A DNA stretch of 64,000 bases from Chara braunii (Eukaryota; Plantae; Charophyceae): contig BFEA01000038.1 in NCBI GenBank assembly GCA_003427395.1, positions 3,812,869-3,876,868 of the forward strand, written 5' to 3'. The first letter of the stretch is position 1. Every line of letters begins with the position of its first letter. The notes under the pieces were generated by a model. It was not told the DNA's origin and did not search any database. It saw only the letters and a program-made list of their open reading frames with translations. A program made the position numbers and the translations under genes. Shown one piece after another: positions 26,760 to 40,129 of the stretch.

Positions 26760-29700
26760 CTTCTTTAACCTCATTCCTGACACCCAATCCTTTTATCTGC
26801 CCTCGTCCAACTCTTCGATCTAATAGGCCTTAAAGTTTCAACACCGTACGATTCTATTCGACCCTAGCCACCGCTTGTCAAGTTTCCTTGACCATTGCTT
26901 CTCCAATGAAGAATCGTACATTACGACCACATCTCCCGCTGCCAAAGACTCCTTTTGCACACATGTTATCTGATCCTAATGGATCTTATAGTCCGGGCGG
27001 CTATTCCGCATGCGACTTGACGCTTCTTGAATCTTTTCTTCGATAGCTCCTACCCGGCGTGCCCGAATATCGAGCAACTCCTCGAAGGACAGGTCTGTTT
27101 TTAGATCCTAACGCCTCCAAGTCTTTAGAAAACTTTCAATCGAAAAAGTCGCATGTCTTCCATACCACAGTGTGGCGGTTGCGTACTTAGTCGTCCTCTT
27201 GACAGTGATATTTTCGACGAAAAATGCCGCTCTTCGATCCTTTGGTTATTGACTGGCTCTACCCTCGGTCCTTTTGGGAAAAAAGGTTTATGATGGTACT
27301 ATAACCCCTCTTTACTTGCGTACTCGCTTGAGGATGTGAGGTCGTGGTATAATTTTCTACGACACCATATCCTACCAGCAACGCTTGCACCTACAAATAG
27401 ATGAATTATGATCCTCTATCCATCACAAACTCTTTCATGAAGGGATAACGAAGGTAATACTCTTCCGTACAACTCACCAAAACCGTGTCATTTTTCGTAC
27501 GAATGCCCTTGCCATCCACAAACCTAGAACGATTATCTCGTGCATTGAAGATATACTTATAACCTTCGTCCCCAAATAGTATGAACAGTAGGTCAAGGTG
27601 GATAGTTGCACCCTCTTCTCTTTCCAATCTCGGATGCGACGACTCTACTGGTCTTTGAAATGATATTTCCTAAAAGGGCACGCAAGACCTGCAATACTTA
27701 ATGATCATCTCTGACATATCATCCCAATGATAGATTTCACTTATCTTGACATACATTGCATTTATTCCTCTATATTCACCTGCCATATCATCATGCAAGG
27801 CTGCGATGACATCAATCTGTTGATTTCTGTCAGACACAACCCTCCTATGGTTCCCCACTTGTCGCTTCATAAAGAGATGGTTGTCTTTTACCAGGAATCG
27901 GGGTCTTAGTTTCAGAGTGTTCTCATTCGCGTCCTTGTTCATCAACTCAGAAGATAGGAGTAGTCATAACCCAAGGTAAATACGATCATACTCTTCAACA
28001 TGAAAAGTTTCCTTGATCTCTCCTTCTTCAAACTCATCTGGTCTTTGAGATGATATTTCCTGAAAGGGCACGCAAGACCTGCAATACTTAATGATCATCT
28101 CTGACATATCATAACAATGATAGAGTTCACTTATCTTGACATACATTGCATTTATTCCTCTATATCCACATGCCATATCATCGTGCAAGACTGCGATGAC
28201 ATCAATCTGTTGATTTCTGTCAGACACAACCCTCCTATGGTTCCCCACTTGTCGCTTCATGAAGAGATGGTTGTCTTTTACCAGGAATCGGGGTCTTAGT
28301 TTCAGAGTGTTCTCATTCGCGTCCTTGTTCATCAACTCACAAGATAGGAGTAGTCCTAACCCAAGGTAAATACGATCATACTCTTCAACATGAAAAGTTT
28401 CCTTGATCTCCCATTCTTCAAACTTATCGTCCCGACTTATCGACCCCACTTCTCGATCCTTAGTCAGGTTCGGAGAGTTCTTCTGTCTGATCCCTTATTG
28501 CAGAATCGTATTCGTTAAGAGATACATTTCCCCCATCAATCCTTGTGTCTCTCTACCTAAACGGGACCATCCTTTTTCACCCTTACATTCTCCACCAGAT
28601 CATGAGTCCCTGTTAAAGACAACTCTATCATGCATTGGACATTCTTACCTCCCTACGGGTCTTCTTTCTCAAAACGCTTAAAAACTAAGTCTGCCTTCCG
28701 TTTATACCATTTTGGGGTAATAATCCATCAACTGGGGGTATATCTTAAGTACCTTCTCCTTTAGACTTATCCCGATTAATGAGACTCAACCCATCTGCCC
28801 TATTCTTGCTCATAGGAACCCTCTCCAACTTAAAATTGAACATTCAAATACAAGTCAGTCATCTGGCGAGCATTGGATCCGATGGAGTGTAATTGTTAAG
28901 GGAACATGCAAGCACAAGTGAGTCCACTCTTAAAATGAACCTACAGCCAAAGATATAATTCCGAAAAATCTTCATGTGATGGAGAACCATGAGGGCTTCC
29001 TTCTTGAACGAAGAGTAATTTCTTTCAGTTTATGCTCTCAAATCTTAGTGGTGTCTCGTTTCCTTCGGAATCGGCTTGAATTATGACTCCTTCCAAGGCA
29101 GTTGGTCATACGTCTGTCTCAACAACAAAAGGTTATTACTTCAGTGACTTCATAGTTTGGTAGCCCAAGATTAACCCTCCTTCCTTAAACTCTTTTTTCA
29201 TCCTATCCACAAACCACTCTTGATCTTCTCCCCATATCTACTCCCGATCCCGACGCACCAACTTTCTCAGATGTCCAGTCTTGGTGGCAAAACCTTTAAT
29301 AAAATTTCTCCAAAATTTGCGCGTATCGAGGAAGCTTCGAACATCAATAATTGAGATAAATTGCACATGTCACTCGATGATCTTGTTTGTCTTCTTAGTA
29401 TCTGGTCTACGTTCATTCTTGTCGCAGACAAACTCTAAGATTGTAGTCTCCTTCATGTAGTGTGTGGACTTTGGTTCGCTTGCGGTGAGGTTCTGTTCCT
29501 CCAACACACCAAAAACCTTGTCAAGGTCCTGAATATGTTATCAGACAAAGCATCAAACTCGTGATATAACCTCATCCTCCTTCTTCTCCCTAGGCCCTTT
29601 CAATATAGGCCTGAGTAATATACGGGTTAACTATCTGCATGACTCATATCATATGCCTTTGGATCATTGCCACTGCACTGGTCCATCCTTGCAGAGCCAC

Positions 29701-30610
29701 ATTCATCGGGTTTAACCCTCTGTATGCATTGTTGTCACTAACTTGTCTGAGGGATAAACAAAAAATTGATCTCACTCAGAATAAAAGTCTATGAATGAAA
29801 TTACAGGCCTCTCTGCGCTTTACTCAAACAATGCATCTGCATTAGGCAAGCCTCCTGCATCATGCACTATTACATCTGCCAGTTGTTGTAAATCTTGTTC
29901 CCACTGCACTGTCTCATTTGACTTGATGAAACAAAACCACGGAGATGCATACGGTCTGCTAGAGAAGTCAGGAATATGTATTTGTATCTTGCCATCTAAA
30001 TAGTTAATAACTTTTGTCAGGATTAGGGTATCGCGCGCCATACAAATTTTATGGCTCATGCGGCACAGTGTGGATCCGGATAATTGAGATCTTATCCACA
30101 TCCAGTCTTCTGCGTTGATCATCATTGAATGCATACACACGATATTTTTTCTTCATTAATTCCACCATCAACACTCGCTCCTCAGGTAGGAGAAAATCAG
30201 GCTCACCAATTATCAACTTCCTTTTATTCTCACTATTGGACTGCTCTCAACTTGCGCACGCATTCGCCGTATCAATCCACGTTTTTGCTCACAATACACT
30301 TCCTCTCCTTCAATAATGAAAACTGGAACTGGACGACACTTTTTATATATCGTATTGTACCGTCTTTGGGAGTCCTTCTTAAGTCGTGCCCTAAAAAAGG
30401 TCAACTGGCGGTCTGGGCTTGCGTCACATCAAGGTCTTCTCCTCTTCCAAGAAGCCGATAAATCAATTTTACTTCCCCTACTTGTTCTTTCAAGACATTA
30501 ATTGCCTCCAGTTCTGCCAACTCGTAAGCCGTAACAATCTCCACGACCTCGTTTATGTTGGACAGGATGAGGGATAACACTTCACACCTTTCTTTTTGTT
30601 CCAACTTCTC
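26760..30610 (-). pseudogene. Ty3/gypsy pol remnant (RT - RNase H - integrase)
   Basis: RT: PYASPWFCFIK...QDLQQL and VRSFL...FWRNFIKGFA. RNase H: PFVVETD...PLRFES...NYSSFKKE. Integrase: zinc-binding H...YCRSCVP, core IHLDLL...VMDRGS...HPQASTQVKRG. The RT-RH-INT order indicates gypsy. Confidence 0.9.
27650..28429. repeat. In-frame 390-bp tandem duplication of the integrase N-terminal zinc-binding region
   Basis: 27650-28039 is near-identical to 28040-28429; ORFs 27670-27945 and 27964-28449 repeat the same peptide. Confidence 0.93.
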
Positions 30611-30639
30611 AATAAGCCTCCGTCGCTTGTTCTTCGACT

Positions 30640-31720
30640 CCTCAATGATAAACGAGCCGAGGTTAGGCCGATTTTACGAAAAATCTGAAAAAATCTTATA
30701 TAAGTTTTCCGAATCACATAGTCGCCTAATAATGTTTTTATCTTTCTCTATTCAAGGTAGATATGAAGAAAAAACTTTCCATATATTCAACCGTCTGCCA
30801 AGGGCTGCATTGAAGTTTCCTGCTATGATTATTGAAATTCCATGAGAAATTTGATTTCTAATATCCTGGAAAAAATTGACCCTCTCTTGCACGCCGTTAG
30901 GTCCATATATATTGATGACACATACTATTTCTAACTGTGAGAGCAATGAGGTATTGAGCTTGCAGAATCTCTACCCTTGGTCCAGGTTCTCCCTAAAGGA
31001 GAGCAACTCTAAACACATCTTATGGTATGGCCCCAACCAAGGGATTTTAGGAAAGATTGCTCCCGATAGTAGTGCCCTATCAAGATCCTCTAACATAAGG
31101 ATAAAATCGATTCTAGATCTTGATTGTTGTGGGGTACCACTCTGACGAATATATGTGAATATTCTTTCCTGGGGGAAGATTCTCCGAAAAGTATCATATA
31201 ATCTCTTAAGAATGTTTTCATCTTCCTCTATATAAGATGGACATGGAAAAATTACTTTCAATCTCTCAAGCCATCTGTCAAGGACTGCATTGAAATCCCC
31301 TGCCATGATTACTTGAACTCCATTATAACTTTGATTTACGATCTCATGAAAGAAATGGGCATCCCTTCTCTTGGTTTAATTTCTCTTTGAAGGAGAGTAA
31401 CACTGCCCACATCTTATGGTTTGCCCTCGACGAAGGGCCTTGGTGAAAAATCGTTGCCCATAGTAGTGCCCTATCAAGATCCTCTGACATAAAGATAATA
31501 TTGATTCCATATCTTGATTGTTGTGGGGTGCTACTGTGACGAATGAAGGCGAATTGTCTCTCTTGGGAAAGAATTCTACGAAAAATATCCTAAACTTAAG
31601 ATATTCTGAATCGTATAGTCCCTTAGGCTGATAATGTTCAGGTTATCATCTTCCTTTATATAAGGTGAATACGGAGAAAGGATTTTGTATTTATCCAACC
31701 ATTTCTCAGGGGTTGCATTG
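30640..31720 (-). pseudogene. Three juxtaposed, diverged LINE AP-endonuclease fragments
   Basis: INIYGPN...IIAGNFNA (30946-30752); AGDFNAVLD...SRSRIDFILM...YHKM (31306-30971); a third TPQQSR...DLDRALL copy near 31460-31560. All are homologous to 59309-60079. Confidence 0.8.
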
Positions 31721-31920
31721 TCGCACCAACCTTTGTAGGGGAAAAGGAGGAGACATGTGTTCATATTCATGATGTTTGTTGCAGTAGATCTGTGTTATAT
31801 TTCGACGCAGTGTCTGAATTTTGGGCCTAAGTTCATTTTCCCTAGACAAGTTCATAAAATTTCATATTACCTTATCATTTTTTTTCTTCGAAGTCCATAA
31901 ACAAGATAGCAGGTTCCACC

Positions 31921-33150
31921 TTTTTACTTTTTTTTTTATAAAGAAATCGCTTTAGGAGTTGATAAGAGTATCCTTCTAAAACGACCACTTTAATGAAGGC
32001 TCCATCTATTGATGGGGAACATCCGATGATTTTGATTCACTTGTTGGAATGTGGGTCCAACGTCCCTTTCATTAGTTGTTCACTGTAGGGATATAGAAAT
32101 GTGTATTGAAGTGTTTTTTTTTTCCCTATTCTAAACAACACAGTGATGGCGACTATTCCCACCAGCCCCTGTACCAATGGGTCACATCAAACCACTCTCC
32201 CTTTCTTCATTTGTTGGCAGTCGGTCTTGGGACTTCTCCGATTGGCCTAAATAAGATTCCAAGGTTTGTAAGGGAGTCTATGTTGCCGGGGGTCTGGCAC
32301 TTTCGTTTCGCTCACCTAGTCCCAAATCCATCCTCCTATCCCCCCCCCCCCCCCCCCTCCCTTTTATCTGATGCATCAATGTGCATTCACCCCTCGGGCC
32401 CCGGGTCCACCGTATGCCACTGGGTTTTCTAGGACGACTCTCTAGTGAAACGACCCATAGGCTTTGTCATGTGTGAGGGGTGGTATCCACACCCTGTGTC
32501 TGTGTAGAAGTGACCGTATGATTGACATTTGAAACATCAGGGCCTATGCTTATGTGATGTGTGAATTATGTACAAAATCGGCCACAGACACAATAGGGGA
32601 TTACGTTATCGATTGAGAACATTTGCCCCGGGCCTCTGCTAGTTTGATTGCGAGCATCAAAAAGTCGTCTCGGTTGGCCACATGTGGGGGGAGGGGTTCA
32701 ATAAAATCCATCACATAGTATTTGACCATGAAGTCCTAAACAAACATCGTTTGTATCTCTATTAGGATATGGCGGAATTCAACCCAGTAGTACTCCTTCA
32801 TCAATTGTTCCCCACGTTTTTCTGGGCACTGCTGTTTCGGTAGGGCCCATGGGTAAATTCTCACCTTTCACCTGTCAAATGTAATTGATTTTCACCCATC
32901 CATCAATTTTTTGTCCATCGCATATTTCAAGATCACAGTGATGACCGAAGTTGATATTGGTTGAGCTAGAAAAACCTCATGTGCCCCTACCATTGAACCT
33001 TTGAAGGCGGCCAACCAGTTCCTAATCCATGCCACCTTATCGTTTGTTGACTTGAGGGCAACATTGTCGTGGAAGAGTTAGTTGCTCGCATATTGTGTAT
33101 AGAGACTATTCCTCTCCTTGACTTTGGCAATTGGTGATGCTTTAATCATG
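31921..33150 (-). mobile_element. LINE ORF1 remnant joined directly to a 3' tail and poly(A), with no ORF2
   Basis: The minus strand reads FHDNVALKSTNDKVAWI...KVRIYPWA...HTSHKHRP*CFKCQSYGH...WHTVDPG, homologous to ORF 56011-57603. Shared tail motif at 31950-32020; poly-T at 31921-31937. Confidence 0.8.
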
Positions 33151-33959
33151 GTTGATTTGCCTTCCTGGTGCAAGACTTTATTATCGGAGGAGGGAGAAGA
33201 CGAAACCGGAAGAAGCACTTGTTGTGGACACGTTGCCCAGTGGAATCCTCCCCTCCCCTCCTTTTTCGCCCTCCGTTACACGCTTTACTGAAATGGACTC
33301 TTCCGAGAATAGTCTCACTCCCTTTGAGCCTAAAATCGCATCCCGATTGACTGGGCTGAGGTGCCGCCCCCTTGTTCCTTCTGCCCCTGTTGGGAGTCCT
33401 TTCCTCTCAGTCGGTCCTCTGCATGTTGCCTCATTACCCCGCTATACATAATCATATTGTCTACCTTCTTGCCTATTACCCAGCCTCACCACTTCCTTAT
33501 TCGTCATCCCAGGGTCGTCACTTGACTTGTTTTTTCTACTTCCCCCCCCTACTCCCCCTCCCATGTCACCGATTCCCACCCCAGTTTGTGCTCTACTCTG
33601 CCCCTTCCGTACTTCCACCTGGCACCCGACCTCGTTGTTCGTCCTTTGTTGACTGACAACCATCACCGCCCCCTCCCTGTCCCTCTTCCCAGGCCATCGT
33701 CCCCCGGACATCCTCTTCTTTCCGTCCAGCCGGTGGTCCAGAGGAACCTTTCTCCCTCCCCCAATTTTTGGTCTCTTCTGTCCGCAGTGCCCTAAATAAG
33801 AATCCCGCTACGCTATGCCGTGATACAAAAACCCGCTCTGCTATACATACCGGCAGGCCCAAGATGGATAGGCATTGTGATCCCTGGTGCAGTATTCAGC
33901 CTGCATTAATCCAGGTTGCAACCCCGTTTCCAAATCTCCCTTGGCTTTCATGCACAACC

Positions 33960-34168
33960 TCACTACGCAAGCATGACTTCTATTCCAAACATAGTAAGTG
34001 TCGCTTTGCCCTACACAACGTGGACTTCTTAGGACACCACGTGTATGACTAGGGTCTCCACATGGACGATGCAAAGATCATGATTATTGCGGAGTGACCC
34101 GTCGCCATATTTGTCAAGCAGTTTCACAGTTTCCTAGGCCTCACTAGTTACTATAGTAATTTCATCAT
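33960..34168 (+). pseudogene. Ty3/gypsy RT palm/thumb fragment
   Basis: LRKHDFYSKHSKCRFALHNVDFLGHHV...QFHSFLGLTSYYSNFI. Confidence 0.85.
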
Positions 34169-36119
34169 CCCAGGCGCCGATCTTCGAAGATCGGTGACTG
34201 TGATAACTCGTGAGAAAAGGCCTTGTTGGCCCTCACAAATTGGGCCCGCTTGGCGGCCAATCGAAGGCCGCCAGGAACCACCCAGGCCCCCTGCGCCGAA
34301 ATGCTTTGGGCCTGCCCGACGACTAACACAACTCAATCAACAATTAATTCCTTACGTCCTTCCTCCAGTTGTGATTTATGCAAACACATTTATCCCCACC
34401 TGTTACGATTCACAAATAGACAACCCGATTAAGCCTTACCGAGCCCCATGCAAGTCGACCTAAATACAATGTTTCATGTCAAATTTATTCGCTTCCCCTC
34501 AAAATCAATCAAAAAAACAGTCAACGGTCTGTCCTAATGCATGTGCAGGTGATCACACTACCTCGTTGTTGTTTAGGCCACATTCCCGTCACACCACACC
34601 TCATGCATCAAAAAGGACAAAGGGCTATGCGCCTACTTCCTGCTTATCTTCCAAATTGGACCAAACGACTCAGCGATCCTTCCCCTTCTGTGTGCAGGCA
34701 ATCCCTTTGCCCTTGCTCAGTATTTTCAACCACCTCAGTCAATCTCAAGTGTGACTTCATCCAGTCTTCATACAGAGCTGGTGTTTAGAAGCAATCAAAA
34801 CCAAAACCACGTGCATGCACTTCAGGAGGTGTTCGCGGTCCTCGCTTCACCTTTGCTTTGACCCGGGCGGAAGACTAGCTTACCTGGGAAATTCGGAAGG
34901 ACGCTTTCGTCCCTGTGAAGCCTGCCCTTCTCACCGGGTCACAGACCCAAGCCCTAGTGAGAAGAGCCTGTCGGTCTTCATCCACCACCCACCATCAGCA
35001 CACCAGTCGTTAACTCCAGATCGCCGCACGCGCTGCTCGTTGTTGCCTCCTGATTGCATCTCCAACTTGTTGTGACGAGTACCTCCCCATCACCTGGAGC
35101 GCCACCTCCGGTCCTTGTGGCAATGAGCTTGCAGCATTGCCACGGGCTCCCACAGAACCCCGCACCAACCGCCAGTACCAACACCTCAGTCTTGCCGTCC
35201 ACCCTCTCGACGATGTGGCGCTGCCTTGCCCGCCCCCGCCGCATGCATCCTGTCCTTCCACCACCCAGCTATGGCCGACCCTCTTGTTCATTGCTTGCTG
35301 CCGCCCTCTGCTGCGAGCTTCTCCTGCTGGCGATGTGCTCCCTCACGATGCAAGCCGGTCGCATCGTCAGCGCTAGGTGCGCTCCTCCCTCTCGACAGTA
35401 TCATACATAAAAATAAAAATTGAGAACTTTTCCACCCCTCTGTGGATCCAGCCAAATCTCTCGAAAGTTGAAACCATACGTGCAAGCGGACACCGTGTGG
35501 ACAACTCCGCACGTTTGGCGCACGAGAGGACCTGCACGGTGCGGCGCACGGGGGAAATATTCACTCAAAAAAAAAGGGGTCGCATGCCTGGGTCAATGGT
35601 CACCTGCGTCCCCTTTCAAGGAAGTAGGAGTGCGCCGAGAGAAATTACAAAAGAGGTAGGTTGGGAGGGAGTCCTATAGGACTAGGGGGGCTCTACCACA
35701 TGGCCGAGTGCCGAAGGTGACTCTCATATGTCTGTAATCCAGCCTCTACAACAACCTGGGCTTTTTAAGGGGAACAAAAAAAAAAAGATTTATTGTGGGA
35801 TGGAAAGAAAAAAAATCACTAGTGGGAGGGTAATGCCGCTACCTAGAGGTGAAGATTGATGTCCCAGACACCTTGTTGAGGTTATTTCTCATGCCCAATT
35901 GGAGGGAAAGAAAAGTCTGTACAACTTCACTTTAAAAATATCAGTTCCTTAGGTGTTGCACTGTTCTGTATTTTCAAAACCAGCAAAAACAAAACAAAAA
36001 AAGGGAAACTGGTGCTGGCACAGCGCATGAGCAGGTGCCACACTGCACACCGGACGGTACGGCAGACGATGCGGTTGCAAGTATGCTTGAAACATATTAA
36101 TTGTGCAACGGATAGGGGT

Positions 36120-38489
36120 TGAGATTCCCAGCCTCAGGCGGCGGCGGAGCGCTACCGGGAGCGCTCCGCCGCCCGGCATTTGGATGCGACGGCGAGCCTC
36201 GCGGAGAGAGCAGGAATGAGGAGCGGCGGGAGCGCTGCGATGGCAAGATTGACGCGAGGAGGAGGTGGGCGGACACGCCGGCGGGTCTTGCAGAAAGAGC
36301 AGAAACGAGGAGCGGTGGGAGCGCTGCGACGATAAGATTGACGTGAGGAGGTGATGGGAGAGGGTGTGTCCGGACGTCGTTGGGCAGTGCATCTCACATC
36401 AAGGGCTTAGTGGGGAGGAGGAATACGGTGGGTGGGAGAATAGGGGAGGTAAGGGTTTCACGGGCTGGAGGGGGAGGGCTACTAGGAAGAAGGGGGAGGA
36501 TGACATCCGCAACGTGGACTCCCCCTCATCTCTTCGGGCTACCTGCGAGGGGCGGCTGGCGGGCTTAGCGGCTTAATCTCGCGACGTGGTTTGGTATGCT
36601 GCGACGACAATCCTAGTTGCGGTCATATTATCATCATCGTTCGGTCTATTTGGTTGGTTGAATGGTTGTCAATCACAGGCCGCCGAGTTGCTTGAAGAGC
36701 CGATGAAGCGAGGAGGTGAGGTTTGGAGAGAGGGGGGGTATATTTAGGGTTGTCACGGGTAAGTTGTTTTTCTCTTCAGTCTGGCCTTGATGGATTCTTA
36801 ACATGGAAATTCTTAGATAGTGCTTGTCTGTCTCGATATTTGTCTGATTACTTGTATGATCATTCTAAGTCGATTCCATCTAATGATGATGATCCAATAT
36901 TGGTGCCATGGTGGTTTATGTTTTTTACGTTGTAATCCTTGTAATTCATAGGATAATTTTTTCTGTTTAGCATATTTTTGATCTACAGTTTGAGCATTGT
37001 TCTGATTAGCATCTTCCTGATCTAAGGTCTGAGTGTTTTTCTGAACTCTATGTTCGGAAAATCAGTGTCGAAAGTCCGGATGGACATCATAATTGTTTCT
37101 CTATTGCGTTTTTCTCATTTACTGTCTTGATTGTTGATTCGTTGTCGGCCTAGAAGCTCCTGATTACTGTCTGAGTGACCTTCTTTTCCTTGATTTACAG
37201 TCTGAGTGATTTTTTGAACTAGGGTTCTGGAAATCAAAGTCGAAAGTCTGTGAGGACATCAGAATCTACTTCCTATTTAGTTATTCTTTTTGAAATTTCG
37301 TTTTGAATTGGATGCCAAAAATTCATGACCTAAATTACCTTGATTACTAATTGATCTCATCTTTAAAGTTCATTTCTCAAAAAAATGATACAGATTCGAT
37401 TTTCCATGAAAAGATCTACGACTGTGGTGGTGCTTTTTCTGTTGATGATTGCCTAGGGGGAAACTATAATGGGTGGATGAAAAGAATGAAAAGGGACTTT
37501 CAACAGATGGGAGATGTCGGTTAAGGTGAGTAGGTCAGGAGGACGATTTTGGGACGACATAGACCGGTGCTGGAGCTGTGCTCTGTGACCCAGGGGGAGC
37601 TTGAGGTCCATGGAGTTATGCCGAGGGTGGACGGCATAACCAGATCGTCCAACGTAGTTGGCATCGGGGTGTGGACCCTGTAACCCGTTTAGGGGTTTGC
37701 CGCTAAAGGAATTGTCGAGGGAGGAAGGCACTTCCTGTCCGCCAGAACTACTAGGTTGGTCGGTACTGGGGTGGGTTGTGGTGCCCTGTTACGCTAGCAG
37801 AGGGGGGTATGAGACCAAGTGAGTTCTAGTACGAGGTCTGAAAGCCGGCACCGACGGTCCACTTGTTCAGAGGGGGATCTTAGGATAGTTGGTATTAATT
37901 TCTAATTTTGACCCCCCTTTTTTCTGAATTTTATCCTGTTTGGCCGTTGAGGGGGACCTGTGATTGTTTAGGATTTTGGGGTTTCTATCAACTTTTCCCA
38001 GGGCTGCTTTGAAGTTGTTATACTCAGTGATCTGCGGTTGTTCGATGCCAGAATGATGCTGGCCGGTGCTGGGTGTAACCTGTTGACGCAGGAGCGTGAG
38101 GCCTGATAGAGAGATTTGGGGATGCTTTGGGGTGGGCATCTCACGGGACAACCAAGGTTTGTTGCTGGAATAACGCTGGCCGGAGCTCGGGCGAGTTGTG
38201 TTGCCCTGTAACCCAGCAGGAAGTGGGGGTGTGAGGCCTGGAAGAGCTCGGCATGGAGTAAGACGACTTTGAGGAACTCTGGAAAGGTTTGTTAGGGAGG
38301 TCGAGATTTTTGGATTTTCTTCTAGGACCCCGTCGGTCTATTCTAAAAAACGAAACGAGGTGAGTGGGAGAAGGAGATGGTGGGATATCATGCGTCCTAC
38401 TAGTGAGGGGGCTAGCTGGTAGGATTGAAATAGGGTATAGCAGCAGTAGAGATGGTGGCTCTGCTGCAGTAAGTCTTGCCGGAGTGAGG
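36120..38489 (-). repeat. Non-coding interspersed repeat, copy A (runs into a gap)
   Basis: 37453-38489 is the reverse-complement homologue of 46498-47500. Both copies end distally in a GC-rich GCGCTCCCGGYAGCGC motif. Confidence 0.8.
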
Positions 38490-40129
38490 NNNNNNNNNNN
38501 NNNNNNNNNNNNNNNNNNNNNNNNNNNNNNNNNNNNNNNNNNNNNNNNNNNNNNNNNNNNNNNNNNNNNNNNNNNNNNNNNNNNNNNNNNNNNNNNNNNN
38601 NNNNNNNNNNNNNNNNNNNNNNNNNNNNNNNNNNNNNNNNNNNNNNNNNNNNNNNNNNNNNNNNNNNNNNNNNNNNNNNNNNNNNNNNNNNNNNNNNNNN
38701 NNNNNNNNNNNNNNNNNNNNNNNNNNNNNNNNNNNNNNNNNNNNNNNNNNNNNNNNNNNNNNNNNNNNNNNNNNNNNNNNNNNNNNNNNNNNNNNNNNNN
38801 NNNNNNNNNNNNNNNNNNNNNNNNNNNNNNNNNNNNNNNNNNNNNNNNNNNNNNNNNNNNNNNNNNNNNNNNNNNNNNNNNNNNNNNNNNNNNNNNNNNN
38901 NNNNNNNNNNNNNNNNNNNNNNNNNNNNNNNNNNNNNNNNNNNNNNNNNNNNNNNNNNNNNNNNNNNNNNNNNNNNNNNNNNNNNNNNNNNNNNNNNNNN
39001 NNNNNNNNNNNNNNNNNNNNNNNNNNNNNNNNNNTGCGGTTGCAAGTATGCTTGAAACAGATTAATTATGCACCGTCCTCGTTTGTGGACGTCATGAGTT
39101 CATCCTTCAGTCTCTTGTAGTAATGGTTTTGTTAACTAGAAGAATGTTATCCATGGGGCCTTTTTTTTGTTTTGTTTTTCGAATCCTCTTTGTCACTTAC
39201 TGAGGTGGTACGAGCAGTCTCAGTGAGCAATTCCCTGAGATGGTGGTTCCATTTATCAGTGAGGACTCTGAGGAGTTGCACTTGCTTGAAATCGGGTCCA
39301 GCATCCCTTTTGTATAGTTGACCGTCATGTATTGTACATGTAGTATGTGAAGGGCACTAGGCCCTATGTTCCTGGTGACACGTGCGTGTGTGGTTGTCTG
39401 TTCCTGGATTATGGGCATAAAATCTCAAGGGTGTGAGGTAGTGTGATGTGGGTGGGCTTTGGACTTTGCTGTCACATCCTCTTCCTTCTGTGTTTGTCAG
39501 GATTGTTGCCCTCTCTCAACCTTTCTACTTCTCCATAAGTGTCTGTCTTTCTGTATATTGTTGATCCCTGGCCTCCCCACTATGTTGTAGGCTCCCTGCT
39601 CGCACTGTCTGCGACAACTAATGAAGCTCATGATGCGTTATTGGGGGTCAACACTTGGCTGACAATCTTTGGGTGAGGTGGGGGGTCGGAAGGTGGGGAC
39701 AAGGGAGGGGGGTGAGGGGCCCCAGTTCGCAGAGCACGGGACTGCAGGGTCCATCTGCTGGTCGGAGGTCCACAACAAGAGAGGATGGAAGGAGTGGCGT
39801 GAGAGAAGGGGAGGTTAGGGGAGCATCACCTGTTGGAAGTAGGGTGAAGTGTCGACTCCCTTTAATATATGAATACATGAGCATATTATGAGTTCAACAT
39901 TGTTGATGTCTGTGATGTCTGAGAGAAAGTGACTGTGTTTCTCATGGACTTCTCTAGCACCTTGGAAGGCAAATGCACGATGAACCATCCTTTTTTTCCA
40001 GACTCATTGAGCACCTCTTCACCTTTCTTTGCGGCACCAGATCTTAATGACAAAAACCAGTGTAGTGTTTCCTGGGACATGGGGGGTGGATGAATGCTAC
40101 TATCCTGTTTGCTGCTTATATGATCTCCT

